Assembly: GCF_006345805.1 (NCBI RefSeq)
Contig: NC_043000.1
Location: 119,970,001 to 120,034,000, forward strand
DNA length: 64,000 nucleotides
Direction of reading: 5' to 3'
Source of the DNA: Octopus sinensis
Lineage: Eukaryota
Position numbers and translations under genes: made by a program. Position 1 is the first letter of the stretch. Every line of letters starts with the position of its first letter. This document shows positions 11,496-25,440 of the stretch, piece after piece. The notes beneath the pieces were generated by a model, which saw only the letters and a program-made list of their open reading frames with translations, searched no databases and was not told the origin of the DNA.

Positions 11496-12139
11496 AAACT
11501 CACACTAGCAAGCATGTAACTGCTATCACTGTCTCTCTTCCATTACCGCCTGACATTGCTGCCCCCATTTTTTTACTTCCTCCTTTATCACCCTCTCCAA
11601 TAACTCTGCCCACCTTCATTATACTTTCGCTCCTTCACCACTCACAACGGGCTGTCTGGAATTGCTCTGCCTTCTTGAATGATTCTGTTGGTGAAGCTGC
11701 TTCGAATAAACATGGATACTGTAGAGTAGTGAACATTCATTGGCCTTGCAGGGCATAAGGCAACAACTCTAGTGCTGGTGCCAAGAGAAAATGCACATAG
11801 TGATCTGTGCAGTGTGGCTGGTTTTAGTAAGGCCGTTCAGCCTTTAGAAATCTATACGTAGAATGTAATGTACAAACGTGAAGTGATCCTCCAATCCATC
11901 TAGCAAAGCAGTAACTACAAATAAGAGCAGACAGGAGCTGTGAATACCCTTCTGACACATACCATCATCGAAAGCAGTTATAAGATTATGATGGTGATGA
12001 TGATAATTGTGTGTATGTATGGCACACACTTGACTTCTCTCTCTCTGCTCAGACATACATATTCTTACATATTCAGACTGCTCCAGCATGGCTGCAGTCA
12101 AAATGACTGAAACAAGTAAAAGAGTAAAATATATATATA

Positions 12140-12410
12140 TTTATATATCACATGATCATATGACCAACCAGTCTATCAGATGTTACACATTGCTTGTCAC
12201 AATGCAATTTGCATTGTTTTAGCCTTGAAATGATGCCACCCCACTGGCTAGGCAAGCAGGCCAACAATCCCCCTTCACTAAAGGGGAACTGGAGCAATGT
12301 GAAATGAAGTGTTTTGCTCAAGAACACAGCACACTGCCCAGTCTAGTAATTGAACCCATGATCTAGTGATTGCGTGTGCAACAACCTAACCACTAGGCCA
12401 CACACCTACA
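12140..12410 (-). mobile_element. tRNA-derived SINE (family C-related)
   Basis: Ends in ...aacctaaccactaggccacacacct (reverse A box) with gtgaaatgaagtgttttgctcaagaacac. Confidence 0.7.
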
Positions 12411-12442
12411 CACACACACAGATATATATATATATATATATA

Positions 12443-12838
12443 TTCTTTTATTCTTTTACTTGTTTCAGTCATTTGACTGTGGCCATGCTGGAGCACCACC
12501 TTTAGTCGAATCAAATCAACCCCATGTCTTATTCTTTGTAAGCCTAGTACTTATTCTATCGGTTTCTTTTGCCGAACCGCTAAGTTACAGGGAAGTAAAC
12601 ACACCAGCATCGGTTGTCAAGCGATGTTGGGTGGGGGGACAAACACATACACACACAAATATATATACTCATATATACAACAGGCTTCTTTCAGTTTCCG
12701 TCTACCAAATCCACTCACAAGGCTTTGGTCAGCCCGAGGCTATAGTAGAAGACACTTGCCCAAGGTGCCACGCAGTGGGACTGAACCCGGAACCAGGTGG
12801 TTGGTAAGCAAGTTACATACCACACAACCACTCCTGCG

Positions 12839-12840
<2 letters not shown>
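12443..12840 (-). mobile_element. SINE family A, full length
   Basis: Same sequence family as 6291-6725; head ends ...cacacaaccactcctgcgcc. Confidence 0.9.
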
Positions 12841-12907
<67 letters not shown>

Positions 12908-14549
12908 GTGTGTGTGTAAATCAATCATAATGGATATTTCAGTGCCTGCTGTTATCCATCCCACATCCTCTCCACCACCACACACTAATACACACAACAC
13001 ACACACACACACACACACACAGTTGGCTTTATGACAATATTTGTTCAGGGAATAGCTGTTCTTGTGCATGTTTGTATAATCAATTGGTTGAAGGTTTTGT
13101 AGCACTTTGCTAATAGACACTCTGTCAATACAAAGTACAGGAACCAACTACTGTTATTCCACCCCCACCCCTAGCCCAGCACCTTACTACCCCCTGCCAC
13201 TCCTTGGAAACCACCAACAGGCTCTTGTGTGTTTTCAGAACTGTATTCACTTGTTGTTGTTTTATTCAACCCCAGGTCAGTCCTGATTGAGCAGATCTGT
13301 GATCAACAGGACTGCAACCATGAGAATTTAGTGGCTGGCTTCTTCTTTTCCTCCTCCTCCTCCTCCTCCTCCTCATCATCATCATCATCTCCATCCTCCT
13401 CATCTCCTCATTCTCCCCCTCCTCCTCTTCTTCGTCTTCTTCTTCTTCTTATTATTATTATTATATCTAATACTAAGGCAGTGAGCTGACAGAATCATTA
13501 ACACATCAGATAAAATGCTTAGTGGTATTTTTTCTGGCTCTCTATGTTCTGAGTTCAAATCCAACAAAGTCTTTCATTTTTTTTTTTCTTTGTATGTCTA
13601 ATACTAAAGGTAATGAGCTGGCAGTATTGTTTGCAATTTGGACAAAATGCTTAGCAGCATTTCTTCCAGTTCTCTGCATTCTGAGTTCAAATCCAGCTGT
13701 GGTCAGCTTCGCCTGCCATTCCATTGGCAGTGGGTGGGAGCAATAAAATAAAGTACTGGTTGACTATTTCATCATGTTGAACTTCTTATTCCTACGCAAG
13801 CATACAAAGCTGCAGCAGAGGAAGGTCTATGCAGTGAGGTGAGGGATTAAAGTTAGGGGTTGGGATCGAAAAGAGGGTGACAATTACCAGCTGGTAATAA
13901 CTTGGTGGAGATTTCACTGCTATGTCTAACATGTCTTTGGTTGTTTGATTTGCAACTCTCACTCAAAATTCACATATTAAAAATGAAGACCAAAAAAAAA
14001 AAAAACAGGCAAGAAATAAATGATGTACATAATAACCTGTGTTTTGTATTTTTATCAGACCTAACTGCAGTTAGAAAAGCTAACCCCTAAGGGGGACATT
14101 TAAAATATTAATTATAGCCAGGAACTAGCACTTATGAATTGAAAGACCCATTTTTTCTGTAACACTGCAATGCTAAGAATAATAAATTTATTTGGTGCTT
14201 TTTTTTCTTAATTAATAGTTATTTCTTTGTCATTTCTTTGGGATTGATATTTGTGTCATTTATCTTTTCTTGCCTTATTTAATGTTTCCCTTTGGTGGTG
14301 GTGGCCATCGTGGTGATAGGGCAATGAGCTGATGTAGTTGACACCACCAATTGCTATGTCTTAATATTTCACAAGAACAAGACTGTAAGCTGGCAGAATC
14401 ATTGCCATGATGGACAAAATGCTTTGGGGCATTGCTTCCAACTTCATGTCCTGAGTTCAAATCCTGCTGGGGTTGCATTTGGTTGTGGCAGGGCAATGAG
14501 GTGATGTAGTTGACCTCACCAATTGACCACCCCAAGACCATTTCCACAT

Positions 14550-14975
14550 GTTTTCCCCATTCATCTCAATATTCCATTATGGTCTTCAGCTCCTGTACCC
14601 CCTTCCATACCAGTATCCTCCAGCAATTTGTTGATATAGGTTGTCCTCCTCCTTCCTCTCATGGTTCTTCCTTCTGTTGGTTGCCAGAGCACTAACTTGT
14701 TCGCAGTTTCCTCAGTATGTCTGATGCAGTGTCCAGCTAGCCTCATCCTTCTATGCTGTATCTTAAATGTTACTTTTGGTAGTCCCTGGTGTAAGTCGGC
14801 GTTTCTTGTATGACTCTTCCAGAAAACATTGAGTGCCATTCTAAGCATCCTTGTGTAACAACCATCCATCTGCTTTTTCAATGCTTTAGTGAGCACCCAT
14901 GTTTCAGCCCCAAAGAGAAGAACAGGCTCCACTGTTGCCAGGAACAACCTCACTTTCAATTTCCTTTAAACCTTA
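14550..14975 (-). mobile_element. RTE-clade LINE, C-terminal ORF fragment
   Basis: ORF 14561-14959 KVRLFLATVEPVLLFGAETW...DGCYTRMLRMALN...RRMRLAGHCIRH...LVLWQP..GR..RGRRRTTY, typical of the post-RT region of RTE LINEs. Confidence 0.9.
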
Positions 14976-15245
14976 TTATTTACAAGGAAGTATCCCTGGT
15001 AAATATTGGATGGCTCGGTTTGTGTCTGTATTAGTTCTACTGACAACATTATTGACCGAAATAGGACTGGAAATGTTGAGACTCCCTTCGGTCATGACTG
15101 ACCATGGGATTGGACATAGAAAGTTACCCTCCCAGGCATAAGTGCGAGCAAGATTGTTTATGGAAGACCAACAGCCGCTCATGCATACTGACCTCCCCTC
15201 TCCACACCACCAGGGAAAGGCAAAGGGGACGATACAACTTGGCAC

Positions 15246-15402
15246 CTATGACGTCGCAACTCATTTCTACAGCTGAGTGAACTGGAGCACTGTGAAATAA
15301 AGTGTCTTGCTCAAGAACACAACACGCAGCCTGCTCTGGGATTCGAACTCAAAACGTCACGATCGTAAGCTCAATGCTCTAACCACTGAGCCATGTACCT
15401 TC
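15246..15402 (-). mobile_element. tRNA-derived SINE family C fragment
   Basis: gtgaaataaagtgtcttgctcaagaacac...ggattcgaactc...aaccactgagccatgtacct. Confidence 0.8.
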
Positions 15403-16049
15403 ACAGGACTGGAAATATATCTGACAGAATGCGTAATGGCATTTTCTGCTGGCTCTTTATGTTCCGAGTTCAAATTCCACCAAGATCAACTCTGCTGTTC
15501 ATCTTCGTAGGGGTCAATAAAATAAGTACCAGTTGAACAACAGCAAAAAGAATGTCAAAGCTGATGAAGTTGGTTATATTGGTCCCCTTACTTGAACAGT
15601 AGATATTTCATTGTCCCTTAAAAAGGATAAAAGACAAAATCACCCTACATAGGATTTGAACTCAAAACATAAATACTACAAAACATTTTGTCTTTTTTTT
15701 TTCATATATGTCTTTGTTTGTATAGTGATGAGGAACCCCCAAGAACCTCACAAGTTACACCTTAATTCGTCAAACTAAGGTATTTCCTGAAAAGAAAGCC
15801 ACAACTAATTAAGAACTAGCAGTGAGCAATGTCTGCATGACTACAGGGAATAAATAAATGAAAAGAATGAATCTTTAATATTCCCCTACAAAGAAAATAT
15901 GTATATTTTTCTTTCAATGACCTTCATAGACCACAATTACATACACACCCACCTATAGACACACATACCTATATACATACACACACACACATACATAATA
16001 CATACTTAATACATACATACATGCATAGATGCATACATACGTACATATA

Positions 16050-16092
<43 letters not shown>

Positions 16093-16413
16093 TATATACA
16101 CAATACACATATCTATCTATCTGTATGTCTGTCTTATATATATATATATATATAATGTGTGTGTTTGTGTAAATATATAAAAATATATATTAGTCAAAAT
16201 AAGCGACAAGGATATCCTCTGGTTATCCTTGTTGCGTATCTTGACTTAAACCAACTTTCTTTGAAATTGTATGGATAATACTGTACTAAATTCTGGTGCC
16301 TCAACTTAAGTACCATATTCATCTGAATCTATATACATACATATATAAATATACACACACACACACTCATGTATATTTGACATTCTATATTTTTCCCTTC
16401 AAATATTTTCCAG

Positions 16414-16497
16414 TTGCTAGGCAACATATTCTGAAAATAATGGACAGCACTCTTTCAAAACCAAGAGAAAATGGCAGAAATAACAGACCTGTGACTG
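16414..16497 (+). CDS. Candidate 84-nt phase 1-1 internal exon (xARQHILKIMDSTLSKPRENGRNNRPVT), product unknown
   Basis: Pyrimidine-rich acceptor tttttcccttcaaatattttccag| and donor G|gtgagt. Only one frame is open and the length is a multiple of 3. It lies in non-repetitive sequence; no homology recognised. Confidence 0.45.
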
Positions 16498-17019
16498 GTG
16501 AGTATTATGAATTCCTTTCTAATATCAAACCATTTGTCTTCAGGTATTGCATGCCTGTGTGCGTATTTTTATTTTTCATTCTTTAGCATGAGAAGAAAAA
16601 AAAAGAAAGAGAGCTGGGCCCATGGTCTTTATATGATATTTACTGGTGATATAGCTTGTGTTCTTGCTTAGTTAAAGGTGGAAGGGTAGCATCTGTGATG
16701 TTTCTACTGGACTGGTGGCAATAAGGGTTTCTGTAGCAGATACGCACCGAATCAAGGTATTGAGAGACCCTCAAACCAACCACATCTGGCCTCTCACACC
16801 TACCCTACAATGTAATTCTAGCTGTGTGGTAAGAAGCTTGCTTCCCAGTCATGTAGTTCTGGGTTCTGTCCCATTGTATGGCACCTTGGCCTAGTGTCTT
16901 CTACTACAGCCTCAGGCTAACCAAAGCCTTGAGGGTGGGTTTGGTAGATGGAAGCTGAAAGAAGCTGGTTCTGTGTGTGTGTCTGTTTGTGTGTGTGTGT
17001 ATGTGTGTGTGTATATATA

Positions 17020-17440
17020 TCTCTTATATAAAATCCGTTCTGTCTGTCTGTCTGTGTGTGTGTCTTCTTGGATCTCGGGCATCTTCCATCCGATTGTGCT
17101 CAAATTTGATATGTAGATACCGACGGTATCAGGGCATGTATAAGTCTTGAAAAAATTACAAAAATCGATTCCAGGTGAAAATGTGATCAATAAAGCCGTT
17201 TTTGTCCTGCTTTTCTTCCGTCAACCTGTACATAACTGCACCTTCCATTTTTTGTTGTTTTTGTACTGCTTATAGGCACATTTCTTTCCTGCCAAGCTTA
17301 CTGTTTAAACCATGTTTGTGTTCTCCCAGTCAACAGCCTTATCATTACTGGTACTTTAAACTCTTTGGTTGCATATTTGTGTGAATAAAATCGTTTTTTT
17401 TTTTGGAATTGAAAAAATCTATATTTCTTCTTTTGCTGGT
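17020..17440 (+). mobile_element. Helitron-like non-autonomous element (same family as 4614)
   Basis: A|TCtcttatataaaatccgttctgtctg...gatctcgggcatc...gataccgacggtatcaggg; 3' end uncertain. Confidence 0.6.
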
Positions 17441-18522
17441 GTCTCAAATTTAGGTTAAATCAGTGTTTCTCAAATGGGAGGCCTATGGGCCGGTTGGACA
17501 AGTTGTTTTGAGAAAATTTTGGTTTAAATGTTTGACAACTCACCACAGTCCATTGGAGGGGAGGGGCGGTTTGGTCTTATATATGTATATATATGAAGCA
17601 AATAATTCAGGAGAAAACATTTGCAAAGATATTATTGTCCTTTGATTAATTATATATATATATATATATGTGTGTTTGTGTGTGTTCTCTACCATCGCTT
17701 GACAACTAATGTGGGTATGTTTACATCCCCATAAGTAGGCAGTTCAGCCACATGTTTCCCATGCTGGCATGGGTTGGACAGTTTGGCAGGAGCTGGCAAG
17801 CCAGAGAGCTGCACCAGTCCAGTTGTCTATTTTGGCATGGTTTCTATGGCTGGATGCCCTTCCTAATGCCAACTATTTTACAGAGTGTACTGGGTGCTTT
17901 TTTAACATGCCACCAGCACTTGAAATAATGGAAGGGTAAGATAAGCATTAGCACTATGTGTCCCTACTTTGGTCTTTGAAAGAAAGTTTAAGTGTCTTGA
18001 CCACAAACGCAGTGACATACAAGGGTGAGGTTCTGACCTCTCAACCTTTCATCCCATTTAGTACCTTGTGTTGGTTTTGTGTCTAGTCAAACATAGTGTT
18101 GTGTCCAGTGAGATATGATGTTGTGTCCAATCAAAAATAAATGCATGTTCAGTTAAACTTGGTTCTGTGTGTAGTCAAATGTAATCTTGTGTCTAACCAA
18201 CCATGGAATGAGGTTTTTAGGTGCAGCTGTTTGTTCACTGATGATTTAGCACAGCTGACTGCATATCCAGCTTGTTTTGGCAACAGTACATTTCGACACT
18301 GGAGGCAAACACACATGCACACACACACACACACACCTAAACACATGCAGAAATAAGCACACACATATAGGTGTAGGCATGACTGTGTGGTAAGAAGTTT
18401 GCTTCTCATTCACATAGTTCTAGGTTTAGTCCCACTGTGTGGCACTTTGGGCAAGTGACTTCTATAACCTTGGCTAACCAAAGCCTTGTGAGTGTACTTG
18501 GTAGATGAAAACTGAAAGAAAT

Positions 18523-18770
18523 GGGCATATGGCGTAATGGTTAAGAGCATGGGCTACTAACCCCAATATTCCGAGTTTGATTCCAGGGAGTAACCTGAAT
18601 AATAATAATAAAAATAATAATAATAATAATATTAACATCAAAAAATATCTTAAGAATGAGAACCCAGGTTCAAAATTTCCCCAAGACACCTGATGAAAGC
18701 TAGAGGGTATATCATCCAAAACATTGTGTTAACAACAAACAAGATGAAGACAAAAATCAACAAAAATCCT
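18523..18770 (+). mobile_element. tRNA-headed SINE family F with decayed hammerhead motif
   Basis: Head ggcgtaatggttaagagcatgggctactaacccc...gagtttgattcc, (AAT)n linker, then gacac|CTGATGA|a|agctagagggtatatcatcc|AAAA|ca|TT|gtgtt at 18685-18730. Confidence 0.8.
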
Positions 18771-19863
18771 TAAAAAAAAACAGGAGGTTTGCACTCATAT
18801 ATCTTATTTGAATGTTTTGTATTAGGAAGGATATTCTAGTATAAAAATATTCCATCAATCAAAGAAATTTTTTGACTCATATAAACATTGATAAATAGCC
18901 ATAGGATGGTAAAAAAATAAAAATTTCAAAAAATAGACATTAAAAAAAAGATAACAAGTAGATAAATGGATTGGTGCAAGCATCACTGTCTTGTTAAGAA
19001 ATTCACTTTGCAACCCTGTGGTTTTGAGTTCGGTGTCATTGAGCAGCTTTTTGGGCAAGTTTTTTTTTACTATAGCCCTGGGCCAATCAAAGACTTGTGA
19101 GTGAATTTGGAAGGTGGATACTGTGTGGAATCCTGCCATACATGTGTGTGTGTGTCTTTGTATTTGTATTTGTTCAAATCCCACTCCTTGTTGGTAACAA
19201 GTGTTGGTTTGTTTATGTCCCTGTAATCTAGTTGTTCAGTTAGAAAATAAAATACCTGACTTTTTGTTTTCTTTAATGAGAATGTCCTGGGTTTAATATC
19301 TCATCTGTCTTAATTAATGTCCCTGAATCCAAAACTAAAACAATTTGACGAACAATCATTGTTTGCTTCGTACATTTCTCATTATCATCCATATAAGGAA
19401 ACATAGTCATGATGTCGGCTATTATGATCGTTATAATGATGGTCGTGTTGATGGTTTAGATGTCTAGTTCTTGCTGTAGAGGAGAGTTGATATGGTAAAT
19501 CAGCCATATCACCACCACCTTGCTTACCAACCACATAGTTCTGGGTCTAGTCCCACTGTGTCTTCTACTATAGCCTTGGGCCGACCAAAGCCTTATCAGT
19601 GGATTTGCTAGACGAAGTTTGGTGCAGTCTTTCAGCAAACCAGTCAAACCATCCCACCTATGCCAGCACGGACAATGGATGTTAAATGATGATGTGGAGG
19701 ATGATGATGCTGACAGTGATGATCTCTACCAGATATACCCACAAGGCTTTGGTTGGCCTAGGGCTATAATGGAAGTCACTTGTCCAAGGTTCCACACCTT
19801 GGGACTGAACCCAAAATCATGTGGGTAGGAAGCAAGCATCTTATCTACACAGCCATGCCTGCA

Positions 19864-19902
<39 letters not shown>

Positions 19903-20199
19903 TAAGCAATAAGGGTTTAGCAACGAGTTGCCTTACCACATACCGAATTTAGAAATAGCAGTCAAAGGGTTATAGCTATTTCTTCTACTAAAAAGGGAGA
20001 TCTCAGTAAAAACAGCATATATATATATATATCTGTGTGTGTGTTTGTGTGTGTGTGTGTATGTGTGTGTGTGTATGGTCTGGGTGACATGAGTGGTAAA
20101 TAAACACATTTATTTCTATTCATGACAAGTCTATTTCAGTGACTTAACTTTTTTATTATTATTTTTAAAAAAATTAATAAAATAAGCCATCACCATCAT

Positions 20200-20719
20200 A
20201 CATTATTATTCTTATCATTACCATCATCAACATCATCATCATCATCAGCCTCATGATCATGACCATGATCATCATCATTATTATTATTATTATTATTATA
20301 TTATTATTATGAAAATAGTTGTGTATATAGATGTTGGCTATTTTCCATCACTAGTTATTATTGTTGCTGTTATTGTTGTTACATTATTACTGTCACCTCT
20401 GCCATTTTCTCCATTTTTTTTTTTTTTTGCAATTTTTCCTTCTTATCATTGAGATCTACCAGAATAATGATAATAATAATAATAATAATAATAATGATAA
20501 TAAAGGAAATTTAGAACCATTGTTAGTTTTTCTCTGTTTTTCGGTATAAAACACAGAAATAAAAGCGGGGTCAAAAACAGTAGGGTTAAAAAGAGCCAAT
20601 TTAAATGGAAAAAAAAAAATGTGGACAGTTTTAAATTTATGTATTTTTCCTCGATTTATTTTCTTTTCTCTATCTTTGGGCTTAACAAGTGAACCAACCA
20701 AAATGAAGATAATAACTAC

Positions 20720-20763
<44 letters not shown>

Positions 20764-21424
20764 TAATAATGACAATAATAGATGTGGTGGTCATTATTAT
20801 TATTATGATTATTATTATTTTTATTATTATTATTAGATGTAATCAAGAAAGTAGTGTGTGTTTAAATTAAATTATATTTTAATTGGATAAGAAAGACTAG
20901 TTTTGAGAAAACAACTTCAGAAGACACTGCTGCCGAAAATGAACAACCAAAAAAAAGAGAAAAAAAAAACCGAGGAGAAACGAGTAGAATTGGATTTAAA
21001 AAAGATAAAGCAATTATTTTTTGTTTTGTCTTATTATTATTATTGTGTGTGTGTACGCATATACATATATATATACAAATATATATATATATATGTATAT
21101 ATACTCAGACACACATATATGTATTTGCGTGTGTATATATTTGTGTATGTATACACACACACACACACACACACACACATATGTATGTGTGTGTATGTAT
21201 ATATCTGTATATATGAATATATGTGTGTATATATATATTCATATATATGTGTATATATATTTATATATCTATATGTATATATATATAAATATATCTATGT
21301 GTATAAGTATCTATATATATGTATATGCATGTATGTGTGTATGTATGTATGTATGCATAAATGCACACACATAAACTCATGTGCACACACACATACACAC
21401 GCACGCATTGCACAGCTTCACAAA

Positions 21425-21465
<41 letters not shown>

Positions 21466-21490
21466 CATACATGTATACATATATATAATG
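20200..21490. repeat. (CAT)/(AAT)n and (TA)/(TG)n microsatellite cluster with short unique spacers
   Basis: Direct reading of the runs. Confidence 0.85.
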
Positions 21491-22440
21491 TGGGTATTAT
21501 GTTGGCATAGTTAAATGTGACTTCCAGTAATGTACAAGGATAATATTATAAAATGATAAACAACCAACAATAGATGCCTTGTGGCAGAGATAAATGTTAG
21601 ATGCAGAGGCAGATGGATAGCTAGACAGAGAAGGTTTATGACCATAGGTAGACAACAGCCAAACAGATAGACAGTTAGAGGGACGGATGGGTTGTTTGGC
21701 AGTCAGGGAAATAGCTGCATAGATAGGTGCAGTTCTCTAGTGATAACCATGTGGTTTATGATAGCAATTTTTATATGCAGAAACTTCATGGAAGCCCTTA
21801 GTGTATGGGTATGTATTTTGTGTCACTTCATGTTCTGTAACTTAGTGGTTTGATATGTAGCGACTGATAAAATAAGCATTTGACTGGAATGAGTATAGTT
21901 GTTGTTGTAAATCCTTGAATTAGCTCCCCAGCTGTGAGTGTGTGTGTTTGTGTGTGTGTGATGAAAATCAGAAAACAAAATGCAGAAAAGAACAATAAGA
22001 TGGTATAAGTTTGCTATGGAAATTATTAGTTTGACACTGAGAGTAATGGAAAGTGATAATTGCCCTGTTTTTGTCATTGTCCTTGTTTGGATAAGCTTTA
22101 AAGTGGATCGAGAGAAAGAAAGACAAAGAGAAACTGGGAAAAGAAAAGGTATTAAAAGAGTACAATCTTAGCAAAGAGTTATATGAGGTTAGTCTACGTG
22201 CTGACCATTGACTGACTAGAAGTTGGATGGTGTATAAAATAGTGTGTTATGAGACAAGGGAGCAAATACAACATGTGTTTGTCTGTGTCCATGTCAGTGT
22301 ATGTATGTGTGTAAGGTATATGAAATAGTATTTTGTGTGTGCTTGGTATTTTGTGTGTGTGTGTATTTGTTTGATTGTGTTTGTTATATGTACATGTCTG
22401 CACATGTATGAATGCAGAATTGTGTCTGTTATTCAGGTAA

Positions 22441-22740
22441 TATTATGAGCTCACTGAAAAGCTTTGAGATCAACCTGGAGACTTTATAAGCGCAAGTGCC
22501 AGACTGCCCTGCCTGGAGAAACTGCAGCAACAAAGGTGCCAACTCTTACCAAACAAACAGGATTGCAGAAAATGTGAACTCTGCAAGCCAGAGCCAACTT
22601 TTCACCTTCAATCTCAGCAAACCACCAATGTCAACCTTTAGCAGAGCCTTCTGAGCATGCATGGACTGATCAGCCACAGCTGGACACTCTATACTGTGTA
22701 TTCTCCTCCGATGTGATATATTTGGTCATCATTGACAATG
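22441..22740 (+). mobile_element. RTE (BovB-like) LINE 3' end, decayed
   Basis: Remnant translation LETL*AQVPDCPAWR..NKGA...SRAF*ACxGLISHSWT resembles the C-terminal 'CSRxFRARIGLISHxRTH' motif of RTE ORFs; followed by ggtcatcattgacaatgatggg. Confidence 0.7.
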
Positions 22741-23117
22741 ATGGGCAAACTAATCATTATGAGTACGAGTGTGTAAATGTGTCTTTGTGAAAATTCTGAC
22801 CATTGACTGACCAGGAGTTGGACAGTCGGTTAAAGGGCTGTTTTAAAGTATAAGAGCGGGGTGATACATAAGTACGTATATGCTATCCTCTACAACAAAA
22901 TACCCATTCCTATAATGTCTGTCCTACCCTTTTTCTTGACACCTGGCCTGAGCCACTTCCCTCAAAACTATCCCTCCTTCTGTATTACACCCACCTCAAT
23001 CAAGGGGTCATATCTTATAAGCTAACCAGTTACGTCACTTGTCCAGTGACACAAAAAAGGCACTCAGTACACTCTATGAAGAAGTTGGTATTAGGGAGCA
23101 CATTCTTCCATAGAGAC

Positions 23118-23535
23118 TTACTCTTTACTCTTTTTACTCTTTTACTTGTTTCAGTCATTTGACTGTGGCCATGCTGGAGCACTGCCTTTAGTCAAGCAAA
23201 TCGACCCCAAGACTTATTCTTTGTAAGCCTAGTACTTATTCTATTGGTCTCTTTTGCTGAACCGCTAAGATACGGGGACATAAATTCACCAGCATTGGTG
23301 GTCAAACAATGTTGGGGGGGACAAACACAGACACACAAACATACATACACACACACACACATACATATATACGACGGGCTTCTTTCAGTTTCCGTCTACC
23401 AAATTCACTCACAAAGCCTTGGTTGGCCCGAGGCTATAGTAGAAGACTCTTGCCCAAGGTGCCACGCAGTGGGACTGAACCCGGAATCATGTGGTTCGAA
23501 AGCAAGCTACTTACCACACAGCCACTCCTATGCCT
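23118..23535 (-). mobile_element. SINE family A, full length
   Basis: Family match. Confidence 0.9.
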
Positions 23536-23589
23536 ATGGTAAAAATGGTGAAATACTTTGTGGGTGTTCAGTATTAGGCTTTTTATAAC

Positions 23590-23884
23590 TGGCAAACTGT
23601 CATTTACGGTGACACGTGTTCCAGTTGACCTGATCAATGGAACAGATTGTTCATGAAATGAACATCCAGGTGGCTGAGTACTCCACTGTCACACATGCCC
23701 TAATGTGGTTCTCAGGAAGATTCAGCATGATACAAAATGAGACTAGGCTAGCCTTTTGAATTATTGGTACTCTTCATTTTTGCCAGCTGAATAGACTGGA
23801 GCATTGAGGAATAAAGCAGCTTGCTCAAGGACCAGTGCACCACTGAGAATTGAACTCAAGTCTTTCTGATCATGAACCACATAG
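23590..23884 (-). mobile_element. tRNA-derived SINE (family C head with a longer 3' body, also at 39140-39465)
   Basis: ccagttgacctgatcaatggaacag...gtggctgagtactccac...gattcagcatga...catttttgccagctga...cttgctcaaggac. Confidence 0.75.
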
Positions 23885-24118
23885 CTATTTCTTTACTACC
23901 CACAGGGGACTAAACACAGAGGGGACAAACAAGGACATCAAACGGATTAAGTTGATTACATCGACCCCAGTGCGTAACTGGTACTTATTTAATTGACCCC
24001 GAAAGGATGAAAGGCAAAGTCGACCTCGGAGGAAGTTGAACTCAGAACGTAGCGACAGACGAAATACCGCAAAGCATTTCGCCCGGTGTGCTAACGTTTC
24101 TCCCAGCTCACCGTCTTG
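23885..24118 (-). mobile_element. SINE family B
   Basis: Reverse of gagctgggagaaacgttagcacaccgggcgaaatgc...gactttgcctttcatcctttcggg. Confidence 0.9.
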
Positions 24119-25169
24119 AACCACATAGCTTTACCAGTAAGCCATGATCCTTCACATTCTGCTCTTTTATGAATAATTGCCCTATACCTTTGCAGATTAC
24201 AGGATATCAAGACATGCCTCTCAAGGGAATTTCCCCTTTCATAATCATTAATTATGCATTTATCAATTATTGTAATTATTAATTATTGCATTTGTGTATA
24301 GCATAATTTGCAGTTGTAGTTGGTATAATCATATTGATAAGGTGATATAAACTTATTACAGGAAATTCTTCTTTTTAAATAACAGATGAAATTATTGTGA
24401 TTTTATATTTTATTTTTGTAATGTCCATTTTTCCATGTTTGCATGGGTCAGACAGAATTTATCGAGGCAGATTTTCTATAGTCAGATGCTCTTCCTGTCC
24501 CCAACCCTCACCTGTTTTCAAGCAAGGTAGTATTTCCCAATGGCCAGACATGCTCTTGTTCAACCCTGGAAATGAATGACATTAACTTTGTAACAGTGAC
24601 TCACATTTACGTTTATTATACGATGTCAAGATAAGGAGACACAAACATACGCACACCCCCACACTTATACAGACACACACACACACAGACACATGGTGTA
24701 ACGACCTTGCCAGTTCTGGTGCCACATAAAAAGCACCCAGTCCACTCTGTAAAATGGTTGACATTAGGGAGGGCTTCCAGCAATAAGAACCTGCCAAATC
24801 AGACAGTGGAGCTTGATGCAGGCCTCTGGTTTGCCAGCTTCTGTCAAACTGTCCAGCCCATGCCAGTATGAAAGATGGACATTGAATTATGAGGATGATG
24901 ATGATGATGGTGATATATACATACATACAACAGGCTTCTTTCAATTTCCATCTAACAAATGCATGCGTACAAGGTTTTGCTTGGAAATAAAACCCTAATT
25001 TATCGGAGTTTATTTGCCCTCTCATATTTGTGCTTTTTCTTAATGTTCTCATATGTGGGGAACTTAACCAAGGGGCAGTTATCTGTGGGAAAGTAATCCA
25101 AGAACCATATTGCAGCTATCTGCAGGAAAAGATTATTAGTAGTGACGAACGTAGCTGATGGCAGTACCG

Positions 25170-25440
25170 CCTTGACTGGCATCTGTGTCGGTGACACGTA
25201 AAGGGCACCAACCTATCGTGGTTGTTTGCCAGCCTCCTCTGGCCCCTGTGCTGGTGGCACGTAAAAAGCACCCACTACACTCACGGAGTGGTTGGCATTA
25301 GGAAGGGCATCCAGCTGTAGAAACACTACCAGATCAGACTGGAACCTGGCACAGCCTCCTGCCTTCCCAGACTCCGGTCCAACCATCCAACCCTTGCTAG
25401 CATGGAAAACGGATGTTAAACGATGATGATGATGATGATG
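25170..25440 (+). mobile_element. RTE-LINE 3' tail fragment ending in (GAT)n
   Basis: ggcacgtaaaaagcaccc...ttaggaagggcatccagctgtagaaac...aacggatgttaaacgatgatgatg; same tail as the coding copy at 34759-35450. Confidence 0.85.

Noticed and set aside
15593-15617. Apparent minus-strand microexon with strong polypyrimidine tract
   Set aside because: The acceptor lies within a degenerate family B SINE remnant.
15720-15765. gTGATGAgg...cctc motif
   Set aside because: Lacks C3 and GAAA; no stem I.
17462-17560. cagtgtttctcaa hAT-like terminus (and aaaagtttggaaaccactg near 3835-3850)
   Set aside because: Single short ends with no partner TIR or TSD nearby; too little to call an element.
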